A DNA stretch of 64,000 bases from Podarcis melisellensis. Lineage: Eukaryota. Both the position numbers and the translations under genes were made by a program. The DNA lies in NCBI GenBank assembly GCA_964234715.1, contig OZ174277.1, one strand, 5' to 3'. The notes beneath the pieces were generated by a model. That model was not told where the DNA came from. It saw only the letters and a list, made by a program, of their open reading frames with translations, and searched no databases. The stretch's first letter is position 1, and each line of letters starts with the position of its first letter. Positions 27,909-39,632 of the stretch are shown one piece after another.

Positions 27909-30900
27909 GCTTTTCAATGATTCTATTTACAAACAACATTGAATTTCTTGGCTTCATGATACAAAGCAATACTAAATTGAAGTCTAGAAGTGTAGGCATC
28001 ATCATAGGGACCAGGAAAAGGCCAAATGTTCTAGCCAGCTTTTCCTGCTGAAAATGCTATTTTACACATATAGGACACTAAGAAAATGCACTTGTATGTA
28101 AACACTGTAAAAGTCCTGCCATTTTAAATTCTATACTTAAAATGCTCTAGTTACATCAAAAATAGAGGAAATCTAATTGATACTAATAAGGCATTTTAAA
28201 AACTANNNNNNNNNNNNNNNNNNNNNNNNNNNNNNNNNNNNNNNNNNNNNNNNNNNNNNNNNNNNNNNNNNNNNNNNNNNNNNNNNNNNNNNNNNNNNNN
28301 NNNNNNNNNNNNNNNNNNNNNNNNNNNNNNNNNNNNNCACAAAAATTACAGTAAAACATAAAAAAAGTTCTCAAGTGGAAAGTTATCATTCCCAATGATC
28401 TTGAGCTGTTCCTTCTTTAATGACTCTCTCACATTCTCCTTCAACAACTTGGTCCACTTTACAGTAGTACAAATTTTAAGACTCATTCAACAGCTTTATC
28501 ATCTCTAATAAATTGAGGTTTGAAAAAAATATTTGTACTGTTGCCATTGACTAAAGCAGAGGAGATGGAAGTGAGAAAGGTATTCAGTGCAAAGTCAGAT
28601 TTGTGCCATTTTGTAAAATGAAATTCAGTAGGTGCAATGTTCACAGATAGCACACTATTTAATGACAGACATCATGGGTTGGATTCATCTTCACATGTTA
28701 CATTGTTTCTATGGCCTATCATTTAGGCTACAGTTCATGAACACTAAACATTATTGCTGTAACTTAAATGAGACCTCATGTTCCCTGATTTATTGATTTT
28801 TTTGAAAAAAAAATGATGAGAAGTGGGGTTTAAGCTAAAAATGTTGTCAAAAAATAAAAACAAAAACAAAATTAAAAAATAAATATTTAGTGTGGCACCA
28901 TCTTGCCACCTTAAAATGTATACTAGATATCCGGAATCTTAAAGCATTCTTGGTACTTACTACAATTTTGATTAAAATGGTATTACAAATTTTAGACATA
29001 AATTATGTGACAATTGGCTTTGAAAACATTCAGTTATGGCCTTAGCATTGCCATTTTGTGTGGTTTATAAAATCAATGCAAGCTATCTTAAGATACCAGT
29101 ACACCTGTGATACATCCTCTGCCAAGTCCCTGGCCTTCTACAGTACACACAGGTTTGTCAACTGTGCAACACACACCATTTACAGTTTATTACAATTAGA
29201 TCAGTCAGTCACTCTCGTTACATGAATCAAATTCAGTTTTGTATTATTTATATAGCGGGGCCTTAACCTTGGCAGAAATTAATTAAGTACTGCTGAATTC
29301 TTCCATTCTAAACTTAGAAAAAGAATGCTGACAAATTGTGGGCTCTTGCTTTGAATGCAATGCTTACATGTAAGCCAGCATTAAGAATAACAGCTTGCTT
29401 AATGAGAGAATATAATAGTAGCATACATAATTTGGAAAAAAGTTTAATCATAGACCCAGTGAATGTACATTCTGCCTCTCATCTTCTTGCAGCTTTTCCT
29501 TATGAAGAGAAAGCAATTCGGTTTACTGACATTGTATTTTAACTACCATCAATATTGGACAGGTAATCAAGGTATTATAAATCCACAGCAAGTGTAAATA
29601 AAAAGTGCCCACTAATTTTAGCATAATGGAAATGTTCAAAAAGTGAAATTTCTTTTAACTTAGAAGTTGGTTGTATGGAAGCAGTTAAATAAAATCTAAA
29701 CAAAATACCAATATATGCACACAACAATCGTATTGAGAGAAACAGGTGTAGCACGCAACTCTACTGCAACTTAAAATGAACACAAATACTATATTAGTTT
29801 TATGAAATCTTAAATTACCTACAGTGTTCACTAATTACACTTATTTTTGAATCATATAGCACCATTAGCAAATAAGCACTGAAGGAAAAACGTTAAGGAG
29901 GTCACCTTCATCTCCTTATATTATATACAATAGTAGTTATAACTGAGAAGGCACTTTGGGAGCCCTTGCTACTAAAAGGAATTCCAATTCCAAGACTATA
30001 GTTAATAAAACTAAAAACCTTGATGCTACATCCTCAAGTTACTTGAAGCCAAAATCTGACCAAAAAAACTTACAAAATATTTTCCAACAGCCACATCTAG
30101 TTAGAAGCAAAAGTAAGTGGCTGCCTGTATTAGTACCCAAATGCTCAAACTTTCCAGCTGCAAAAAACAGAAACAAGGACAGTCTGTGGCTGAGTTCAGC
30201 AATACTTTCCACTACCTTTTTTCTTTACCAGCAATTGAGTGTGAAATTATTCCTTCCCACCCTATTCACCAGACAAAGCTGTCCTGCTTCCAGCATCCTT
30301 TCACATCCCTATATATTAATAACACTTTAATAGTGTGCAAGCATGTAAAATCCACATAACTGCATTAAGCAGAATCATGTAATTTACCCCATTCCTCAAA
30401 TATGTGAACCAAGTGAACTGGGTCTATGTGCATTCTTTTTCTTCCCCTGCATGTACACCCTGTTCAAATATTATACTCACATTTGGGCAATCTAACAAAG
30501 ATAGAACTGGAAAGGCACACTATCTGTATGTAATGAGAAAGTAGGGTAGGGGGAAAGATTGTTCAAAAGAAGCTTGTCATAACTAAGTAATGTATTGAGG
30601 GAAACCATATTAATTCTGTTGTAGCATTTTAGAAATGCTCCAGATTATTCAACTACTACTCTGGTTTGGAATGTCTGTAGTAACACTGAGTTGCTTTGGT
30701 ATGAGCCCAAGAACAGGTTAAATGTATGAAAAGGCTCACGGGGTGTTATACGACCTTCTAAGTCTTGCAAGTAGATAAAAGAGCCATTACCTGAATGCTA
30801 TCAAATGTATCAAACCTACAGAAAACTCTCATACCTCAAGCACTGCAATTCAACACTTCCATTCTAGTTTGTATTTCTGAACTGTACAACACACATTAAG

Positions 30901-31878
30901 CCCCACAACACCCCTGTGAGGTAGGGAAGGAGGATTTCTACGGAAACAGGCAGTACTGCTACTTATCAAATCCACAAACCAAGCTGATACTACATGTGGG
31001 ATAAATGCTCCTGAGAATACAGTCACACTACTGCCAGTAGCACACTCAATGTCAATAAACCGAGAGCTCACTTTTCACAGGAGGATTAAACCATTCATGG
31101 GTCCAAGAGTTCGAGGAACATGAATTACATTTCATGTAAAAGGAGAAAATGAAGATTTATTTTCCATCAGTTAGCTAAGCCAAACAGAGTCCAAAAGCAG
31201 TTGTCTTTGCTAACCAGAATGTCAAAATTGTAACAAGTTCAAGAAATAAATTTTAGCATCAAATGATATAACTAAAAATTTATATTTTTTAACAGAAGTG
31301 AAATATTCTTTATCAGCACAAACCCTAACCAACTTCTGATATATCAATTTTACTGTTGTTGTTTGTTTGTTTGTGTTTTTTTGCTAAATTTAGAGACGGG
31401 TTTTGTTCTCAGATATCTGCTCAAGTTACAGTACAGTGGCACAAACCATTTATCAGAAGAGAGGAAACTAAATCTTCAGCTTTCTCCTGTAATAATAAGA
31501 AAGCATTTACTTCTATCTCATTAAGCGCCCATCCATTCATTTTATTTTGCAACACCAATCTGATATCTCCAATTAATAATAGTCACATGGGAGGGTCAAC
31601 TATTAATGCAATACTAAGACTTCAGTCCTGCTTGAATTTAAATCATACATAGTGCTTACAAAAGGAACAAGTTATAGCATTTTATATTGAATACACTGAA
31701 GGTTTTTTTAAAAAAAGAAAAAATCATTTAGATGAAAAGAGTACAGTAGTTAACAATTTTAAACCTCTGGAACAAATATTACTAGCACTTCAATTTAATG
31801 TAAAACATCAATATAATGGTCAAAATAGTATTTGGTTAACCAGCTGTGGTGTTGCAAATTTCATGTACACTCAAAGCA

Positions 31879-32026
31879 NNNNNNNNNNNNNNNNNNNNNN
31901 NNNNNNNNNNNNNNNNNNNNNNNNNNNNNNNNNNNNNNNNNNNNNNNNNNNNNNNNNNNNNNNNNNNNNNNNNNNNNNNNNNNNNNNNNNNNNNNNNNNN
32001 NNNNNNNNNNNNNNNNNNNNNNNNNN
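31879..32026 (-). other. QKI: N-run (148 nt), inferred to hide QKI-5 exon 7 ([25 protein letters not shown])
   Basis: This exon was not found in readable sequence. The gap lies ~0.7 kb past the QKI-6 acceptor where it is expected, and is long enough for a 75-nt exon. The upstream flank reads ...ctgttaatgttttatcaa[N]. Confidence 0.7.
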
Positions 32027-32721
32027 TTGATAAAACATTAACAGCAGGCTTATCAAAATGGATTTAAAATGATCATTTTCTAAAAAAAAAAATTCATTTT
32101 AAGAAAGCAACAAGTTAAGGCACAGTAGTTTCAAATTTTAATCTTAATATATGAAGTATACCTGTGCAGATTAATATTGCATTTATTTTAAACATCCGGG
32201 CCTTAACCTGCATTATCCATTCATTTACAAACTCAAGATTACAGTTTCATGAAATCTACTAGACCCAAGCACATTTGAGCTTTACTAGTCACATATTCAC
32301 TGAAGTGCCTTCCTTGCAGCAGGACTACCTTAAATAATGCCATTTTTAATACTGAAGATTCTTTGCTAATTTTAAAACAACTTCCAGTTTTTACCATTTT
32401 AAAAAGTTTTAAAGCAATTCCTCAAGCCTACAGACTGTGGTTTAAAACTAAGTCAATAACTGTGAACTGCAATGAATTAGGTGATTAGTAAAGCAAATAG
32501 TACAGAATACATAGCAGTCAGTATACTACCATACACTCATAAATCACAGCTAGTTTGTCATAGTACAGGCTATACCAAATTAATAGCATTTTTATTTCTA
32601 TGTGCAAAAAAGTGCAAGTAAGTCACTGACTGCTAGGCTATGTTTTTTCAAGGCTGCTGAAAACTAAGCATTTGTTAAAGTCAGCTCTGACGAGGGTTCA
32701 GTTAAGACCATTCTTGAATTC

Positions 32722-32747
32722 TTAGCCTTTCGTTGGGAAAGCCATAC
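32722..32747 (-). CDS. QKI: QKI-6 terminal exon, coding part: GMAFPTKG*
   Basis: cttttatctttag|GT ATG GCT TTC CCA ACG AAA GGC TAA, identical to the QKI-6 tail. Confidence 0.97.
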
Positions 32748-33421
32748 CTAAAGATAAAAGGAAGGGAATGAAACATTAGTCAACTAAGATTTGATACTAT
32801 TGCCAATCTTCCTTTCCTCTATCACATATTTTTCCTAAATCAATCTTTTCAGAACTTTATATTATCTCAATATGTCACCATTTTACTGCAAATCGCATGT
32901 GGATCTATTATGTGCCACTCAAATCAATGAGGCTAACTTCATTTTTCAACACTGCCATTTTGCATTTTCACCTAGTAGCACTGTATACATTTGTCCCAGA
33001 CCAGGGGCAACTTTCTTTTTCCAATTGTCTCAATGTTGCAGTCAGTTCTTCACATAATCTCTCCAATCACAAACATGGCTCTAATTCTGTGCCCATCCCC
33101 AGCGAGAAAATTGGATGTGTTATGGCATCTACAAAGCTTTGAGTATGGTTGATTACTCTGAATTCACCACATAGGTAAAATTAGTACTTCCACACAATTC
33201 GGGTACTGTAGTTAAATTGAAATAGTCTATGGAGGGGAGGGGTTGAGGTCAGCTAAAAGTAATTCACCTATTTCCATACTATAATACTGTACAATGCTTT
33301 ATCTTTTACTATAGACTGCAATTATTATGATTACCAATAGTCTGCTCCCCAAAACTAAGCTAATAATGGATTATGGATTAGGCTAGATTATTGCCTATGG
33401 AACTGCTACATTTATAATTTG

Positions 33422-33552
33422 TTATGCATGACTTCCAGTAATCCATACCACAGAAGTGTTAGGATTGGATGAAGTCATGTAAAGAGATTTGCTACCGGTG
33501 ACAGAATGTGGGGCTAAACTACTAATATTGCTCCTGAAAAGACGGTCTGCAT
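33422..33552 (-). CDS. QKI: Candidate additional QKI terminal exon: DADRLFRSNISSLAPHSVTGSKSLYMTSSNPNTSVVWITGSHA*
   Basis: CACTAAC (33600-33606), long pyrimidine tract, then tttcag|AT. Open for 43 codons in the phase required by the exon 6 donor. Confidence 0.5.
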
Positions 33553-34181
33553 CTGAAATAAAAAAGACTTGCAAAGGAAGAGAAATGAATATAGGAAAAG
33601 TTAGTGTACCAATGGCCCCAAAGCACCACATTGTAGATGTCATTAATTCAAAATCAGGGCTAAGATAAAAGGCAAAGCACTGTGAAGAGCTGAATTGGTT
33701 CTACAAAAGTAGTAACAAACAATGAAAAGCAACAACTTGAGTGCTTAATGTTCTCTTCCTATGACCAAGAAGATGTGAGCTTGTGCATACAGACACACAA
33801 GGTCTATTCTTCTGTAAACGAGCACTACTTTCAACATAGTAACTGTTTAGATATGAACCAGCCAAAGTTAAGCACTTATAAGTCTCATTGATTCCAACAC
33901 AAGTGTTTAACAGGGATTTAAATAGAGATTCAAATCAAACAGACTTAAAATGTGCATAACTTTGGCTGGATTATGTTCTTAGAATGTGAAAAACATTATT
34001 GCTGACCCAAATTTAACAACCAAAGTCCCATAAATCAACAAGATCAGCAATGCCAAGGCCATACATATTTCACACAAAAATATAGGCAGAAAAATATATT
34101 CAAAATTATGGGAAGGACACAAACTGCCCTGCAATGCCTGCATTGACCATTTCTTAATTAATTGCTGCTATAGTCTGGCCT

Positions 34182-34237
34182 TCATCCAGCAAATGAACAG
34201 ACCAAAGTATCAGGAATGTGAGACATTTCAATCTCCT
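34182..34237 (-). CDS. QKI: QKI-7-type terminal exon, coding part: EEIEMSHIPDTLVCSFAG*
   Basis: Acceptor cctccttttttacag|AG, phase 1. E-x-I-E-M-x-x-x-P-D aligns with mammalian QKI-7 EWIEMPVMPDISAH. It is the first terminal exon after exon 6. Confidence 0.85.
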
Positions 34238-35126
34238 CTGTAAAAAAGGAGGCAGTAATGTATTAAATTGCAACTTCTTTTAAGTTATGTTCTCACCTAA
34301 CTTCAGTGATTTTAATTACTTTAAAATTGGTGGCACAGAAAAAAGAGATACATATTTTTCCGAGTCCCTAGAAAAGCAGGACAAGTTATTTTACTTGCAC
34401 CTCTGGGGCAGCCCATTTAATATTAACCTGTGGTTTCCCACCCTCCTCTGCGCCCAGTTTCAAAAATGAGACTGTGCCTTTTTCAATAATTAGAGATATG
34501 CAGCACAGGCTGTGTCAGAGAATTCTAAAATATCCTTCAACCCTCTCTTTCAGTATATATCTAAACTTTTTCACATTTCAGTGTGCCTTGTTACTTCCAA
34601 CTCTAAAATTCTATAATTCTATCTTGTATGCCTCCATCTAGCAACTTCTGAAGCCAATTTGGTGCCAAACACATTGCTGTGCTTTCCTTTGGACCACAGC
34701 AGCAAGGTAGAGTGTGGGGCTTGTCATTTGGGCAGACCAGGACCTCCATACACCCTGTCCAGGCTTGTGCCCCAGAAAGGTCACCTTGGTACTGCTAATG
34801 CAGCAAAAACAACGTGGGAGGCAGTAGTTACGAGTTACTCTGTGATTCTCCAGAGGTTTGACTTCATCTCTGGAGGCGCACTCCATTGTCTCTTGGGACA
34901 GATGGATGCCAACTATCTTTTCCAACTAAATCTAGTTGTTTGTAAGAAAGAGTTGAACTATGTTTAAACTGATATTTTCAAAATCTGAAAAGGGGACATG
35001 GTGAAACGAAACAGATGCCAATGAAAAATTCACCAAGTTGCCCAATATGCTCTGATAACATCATCAGCGGCGAGTTCTATAGCAAAAGGGTACTTGTACA
35101 ATATAGTATGTTTCCTCATACTATAT

Positions 35127-35194
35127 TTATCTTAGTATAAGAAACTCACCACCTGATAAATTAATATTCAAATAATTATCTAGGAAGAACTTAC
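35127..35194 (-). CDS. QKI: Read-through tail past the exon 6 donor (QKI-7B-like): [22 protein letters not shown]
   Basis: The ORF continues through the donor to TAA. It starts GKFF, as recalled for human QKI-7B. Expression is not shown by sequence. Confidence 0.5.
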
Positions 35195-35491
35195 CTAATA
35201 CACCACTGGGTTCAATAGGATACTCAAGAATTGATGTAGCAGGAGCCAGTGTGTAGGGATACTCATACGGTGTGTAAATTAAACCAGCTTCAGGTCCTGG
35301 GGGAACTATTGCAGCAGTTGGGTGAGGAGTTCCATTTGGCATGACAGCGGTCTGTATTTGTCTGATCAAAGGCATTAAGGTAGGGCCACCTGGCGTAGGG
35401 GTACGCAGGGCAGCTGGTGGGAGAACAGGCGCAGGCCCCGTAATAATCCTTGGAGCCTGGGCTGTTGCTGCAAGAGAAAAGGCAAGGGCTG
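35195..35491 (-). CDS. QKI: QKI exon 6 (297 nt): (P)[31 protein letters not shown]...[27 protein letters not shown]
   Basis: Lies within ORF 35127..35504. Acceptor ttactgtag|CAGCC, donor TTA G|gtaagt. Phase 1 at both ends, compatible with exon 5. Confidence 0.98.
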
Positions 35492-36244
35492 CTACAGTAA
35501 GCAAAGAAATTTAGAAGAAAGTATGGAGACAGCAGTGCAAAACATGGAAAGATGAGAAAGTAGGAAAATAGGAAAGAAGAAAAATAAAAGGAAATCATTA
35601 GTACATGCATTGATCACACAGTGGCAAAGCACACCATTCAAAAGCAAACAGCTTTTCATTTCCCAGTGTGATTAAGTATGAACATGCAAAACAAAAGCCA
35701 ATTTAAAATGGTAGAGGAGATTTCTAAAACAGGTTACACAGCACAAAAGCTCAATTTAGACCACATATTTTTTCATTACCTATGCCTTCAAGACTGCATG
35801 AGACTGAGAGGCATGCAGGAAACAAAGAAAATACTGTTGTAATTGCATATGGAATATTTTAAAAAGTGAGATTACAGAGTCCACAGAACTTCAGTTAAGC
35901 TTAGATATCATACAATGTAACATGTTTAAATTGCAACTCATCATAAAAACATTCTATTTAGTATACAAACATCAGCATTTATAACATTTATCTACTTTCA
36001 GCATCAACACTTTTGCCTTTCTGGTATAGTTAGCTACAAAAAAAATCTCTCTTACTCTATTTTTCTTAAATGCCAGAATGAACGCTAGAAAAATAGACTC
36101 CGGTAGTATTTAAAAAAACAAGTAAGTTAAGATGTGTAAATGTGCTGTTAATACATAATGCTGTCACTGGTTTTAAAATCAATTAGTGTTTAAGCGTAGC
36201 TTTACTGATTCATCAAACATAATGTCCAGTGATTAAGTATTGTT

Positions 36245-36462
36245 AATCAGATTTAGACTACAATTCACTTTTTGGAGAGCCTTTTGGACCTGGTAACAAC
36301 ATGCTTCTGAGAGGCTGCAGTTTAAAAGCACTCTCAAATTGGTGCAGAATGCTGCTGCTAAAATCTTAATAGGGCAAAGTGCTCTATGAACAGGTGACTT
36401 CATTATTGTATCAGCTGCACTGGCTTGTACTGGTTTTCAAATGCAATTCAAGGAGCTGGTTT
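36245..36462 (+). mobile_element. Decayed L2 LINE fragment
   Basis: Remnants of RLDY, KLVQNAAA, LHWL and QFK.LV motifs shared with the 37795-38402 copy. Confidence 0.7.
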
Positions 36463-37794
36463 TTACCAATAAAGTTCAAAGTAACTTGAAATCAAGTTAT
36501 TCTTGTATGAATCTGTCCATCTGTTAAGATCAGCTGTTGCTTTTGTCTTGTATGTGTAGGTAACCAACACATAAGAGAGCTTTTTCTGTGGTGGTGCCTC
36601 CTTGTCCCAAGAGGTTACGTTACCTTCCTCTTTCTTGTCCACCAGCACATAAACACTTGCTTTTTAAAATCTGCTTTTGATTCTGTTGCTGCTCAATGTA
36701 TTGTCAATGAGACTCTTAGTGTTTTTGCTGTTTTTAGTTTTGTTAATTTATGTTTTAGTGATTGTATTTAATGCTTTTGTGTTTGCTCTTCATTTGTAAG
36801 CAGCTTTAAGTGACTCCTTTGTGGAAGGGGAATGGGTATAAATCTTTTAAATAAATAAAAGTTAGGAAAGGACCAATGAAAAATACCCAACTATTTGCTC
36901 ATGTCATGGAAGAGTGACCTGAAATTCAGTCTGCTAAGAGCACAGGAGAGCATATTTAGGACAGAAGTGGCAGGTTACTGTTCCTGGTTCGACTTTTCTA
37001 ATAAAACAGTCATGTGATAGTAAAAAAATCTGTTAAGTGGGGGAAGCTCTTTGCTTTTCTCTCAGACCTTGAACCTTTAGTGTTAGTACACAATTCCCAA
37101 AACATCCCATTTTTTAGTATGGAAAACCTAAGTTTGGTTAGAAAAGACAGGAACAGCCTTGACTCAGCAGAATATTTAGACTGAAATCCTGTGTCTGCTT
37201 ACTTGGGAGTAAGTCATTGATACATCAAAATAGTTATCTTGGATTTAGGTTTTAAATTTCCCTTTCTAACTCTTTAGAACACAGCAGCTACAGATTGGAT
37301 GGGTAGTAACTGAACTCATTAGCACCTTCTTGGCTTTAGTTGCTCACATCCTAGGTCACAATACAAGAAACAGTAGTACCACAAAACTAAACTCTAAAAT
37401 TGTCAAGTTCCATGGTCAGTTTCCCAGTACCACATATGCAATATACCTTGCAAATATCACCTCAGAGATTCAGAGAAAGATGTACAAATTTTTTTTTTAT
37501 CTTGTATCAACGTTTTAAAAGTTTCTTATGCTTAATCTTTTGTATGGAGGAACAATTAAAACAAGCTGCAGATGCCAGTGCAAATCAGAATGTGAGAAAC
37601 TAAAGTGCAGCAGATTCATCTGGAAGGACCATGTAGAACCCTCACTCAGTGGACAAATCCTCTGTGAGAAAGAGTGATCCACAATAACCTAGCCAAAGTC
37701 ATCATGTATGTTGACTGGGCTCACTAAGTGAGGGCCAGTATAATTTGACCAGACTGACAGCATAATTGACCAGACTGAGAGAACTACCGTATTT

Positions 37795-38402
37795 TTCTGG
37801 ACTGAGGCCGTTTAGGGCTTTAAAGGTCAGCACCAACACTTTGAATTGTGCTCGGAAACATACTGGGAGCCAATGTAGGTCTTTCAAGACCGGTGTTATA
37901 TGGTCTCGGCGGCCGCTTCCAGTCACCAGTCTAGCTGCCGCATTCTGGATTAGTTGTAGTTTCCGAGTCACCTTCAAAGGTAGCCCCACGTAGAGTGCAT
38001 TGCAGTAGTCCAAGCGGGAGATAACCAGAGCATGCACCACTCTGGCGAGACAGTCCACAGGCAGATAGAGTCTCAGCCTACGTACCAGATGGAGCTGGTA
38101 AACAGCTGCCCTGGACACAGATTTGACCTGTGCCTCCATGGACAGCTGTGAGTCCAAAATGACTCCCAGGCTGCGCACCTGGTCCTTCAGGGGCACAGTT
38201 ACCCCATTCAGGACCAGGGAATCCTCCACACCTGCCAGCCTCCTGTCCCCCAGAAACAGTACTTCTGTCTTGTCAGGATTCAACCTCAATCTGTTAGCCG
38301 CCATCCATCCTCCAACCGCCTCCAGACACTCACACAGGACCTTCACTGCCCTCACTGGTTCTGATTTAAAAGAGAGGTAGAGCTGGGTATCATCTGCATT
38401 CA
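37795..38402 (-). mobile_element. L2-clade LINE reverse transcriptase C-terminal fragment, 5'-truncated, frame still open
   Basis: ORF 37702..38418: ADDTQLY, NRLRLNPDKTE, SRLDYCNALY, QNAAARL, HITPVL..LHWLP, FKVLVLTFKAL. Confidence 0.93.
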
Positions 38403-38735
38403 TGTAGCAAAGTCCCAATTATAATTTTTTCTTTTACTTGAAGATGAGAGAGATCAGAAACTTGAACTTGAATGAAAGAAACCAAGCTTTAGGGTCCAGT
38501 AGGCAGAAGTATAAGCCATTGTTGAACAATGAAGCTTTGTATTATTAGATGTTTATGTGTTTGTTTTACAATGTTTTTGCCAACAGGGGTATTTAAAAAA
38601 TCCATTGAGACATGAGCTAGGCAGCCATGCCACTCTGCACACAGATTCTGCTGTCGTTGTCTCCCCATGTATCTGAATGAGGGAACACATCCTGTGGCAT
38701 TGAATAGGATTGACACATGCAACCAATTCAAGTAA

Positions 38736-39086
38736 GGGATGAAGGTGGTGCTGTGGTCTAAACCACTGAGCCTAGGGCTTGCCAATCAGAAGGTCGGCGG
38801 TTCGGAATACCCATGATGGGTAAGCTCCCATTACTCGGCCCCTGCTCCTGCCCACCTAGCAGTTTGAAAGCACATCAAAGTGCAAGTAGATAAATAGGTA
38901 CTGCTCCAGTGGGAAGGTAAACGGCATTTCCGTGTGCTGCTCTGGTTCGCTAGAAGCGGCTTAGTCATGCTGGCCACATGACCCAGAAGCTGTATGCCGG
39001 CTCCCTCGGCCAGTAAAGCGAGATGAGCGTCACAACCCCAGAGTCGGTCATGACTGGACCTAACGGTCAGGGGTACTTTTACCTTT
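38736..39086 (+). mobile_element. Sauria SINE, older subfamily
   Basis: Head, body and acctttacc tail. TSD accaattcaagta / accaatacaagta (1 mismatch). Confidence 0.92.
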
Positions 39087-39500
39087 ACCAATACAAGTAT
39101 GAATGAAGCCTGGCCAGATCATAAGGAATGTATGCTACTTATGACCCAGCTGGGCCTATGAAAAGTGAGAGCTTGAAACATGCTCACCTGACTTCTGATC
39201 ATTCACAGCAAGAAGTTACCTAATAATGAAAGGAAAGCCCTAAAGAGAATTCTTAAGTTGTAATTCTGAGAGAATTATCATGGTGTTATTTAGAGAACCA
39301 AATAACCAGGCCTTGCTAGGCTAGACTAAATTGGTTCAAAGTTAGGTGCCACGGTCAACCGAAGCCTGTAAAAAATATATGACTAGATGGGAGTTTACAA
39401 GAGCTATCCTGCTGTTGTTGTTTTAATTCCATTCACTTCTGTTAAGAGGACCTACCTCAGATGCAGGACTGATCTTGTTATAGTTAGTTTATATACTAGA

Positions 39501-39632
39501 CAAGGGCTAGGAAACCTGTTGCCCTCCAGACATTGCAAGACTACAGTTCCCATGACCATTGCCCATGCTGGCTAGAGATGTTGGGAGCTTGAGTCTAGCA
39601 ACATTTGGAGGGTTATGTGTTCCCCTTCCCTG
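39501..39632. mobile_element. Decayed palindromic hAT-like MITE
   Basis: ccctccagacatt...gactacagttccca / tgggagcttgagtc...catttggaggg; resembles 19330-19465. Confidence 0.6.

Noticed and set aside
28206-28337. N-run as the location of QKI-5 exon 8
   Set aside because: The branch point, pyrimidine tract and UTR-like downstream flank fit the 27119-27397 gap much better.
24510-28398. ORFs containing long X runs
   Set aside because: Artefacts of translating Ns.
29956-30330. 124-aa plus-strand ORF antisense to the QKI 3'UTR
   Set aside because: Non-ATG start, no recognisable motif; consistent with chance.
37702-38418. 238-aa ORF as a host gene or domesticated RT
   Set aside because: 5'-truncated L2 fragment starting at the catalytic motif (NADD; the Y is lost); both ORF ends are flanking DNA.
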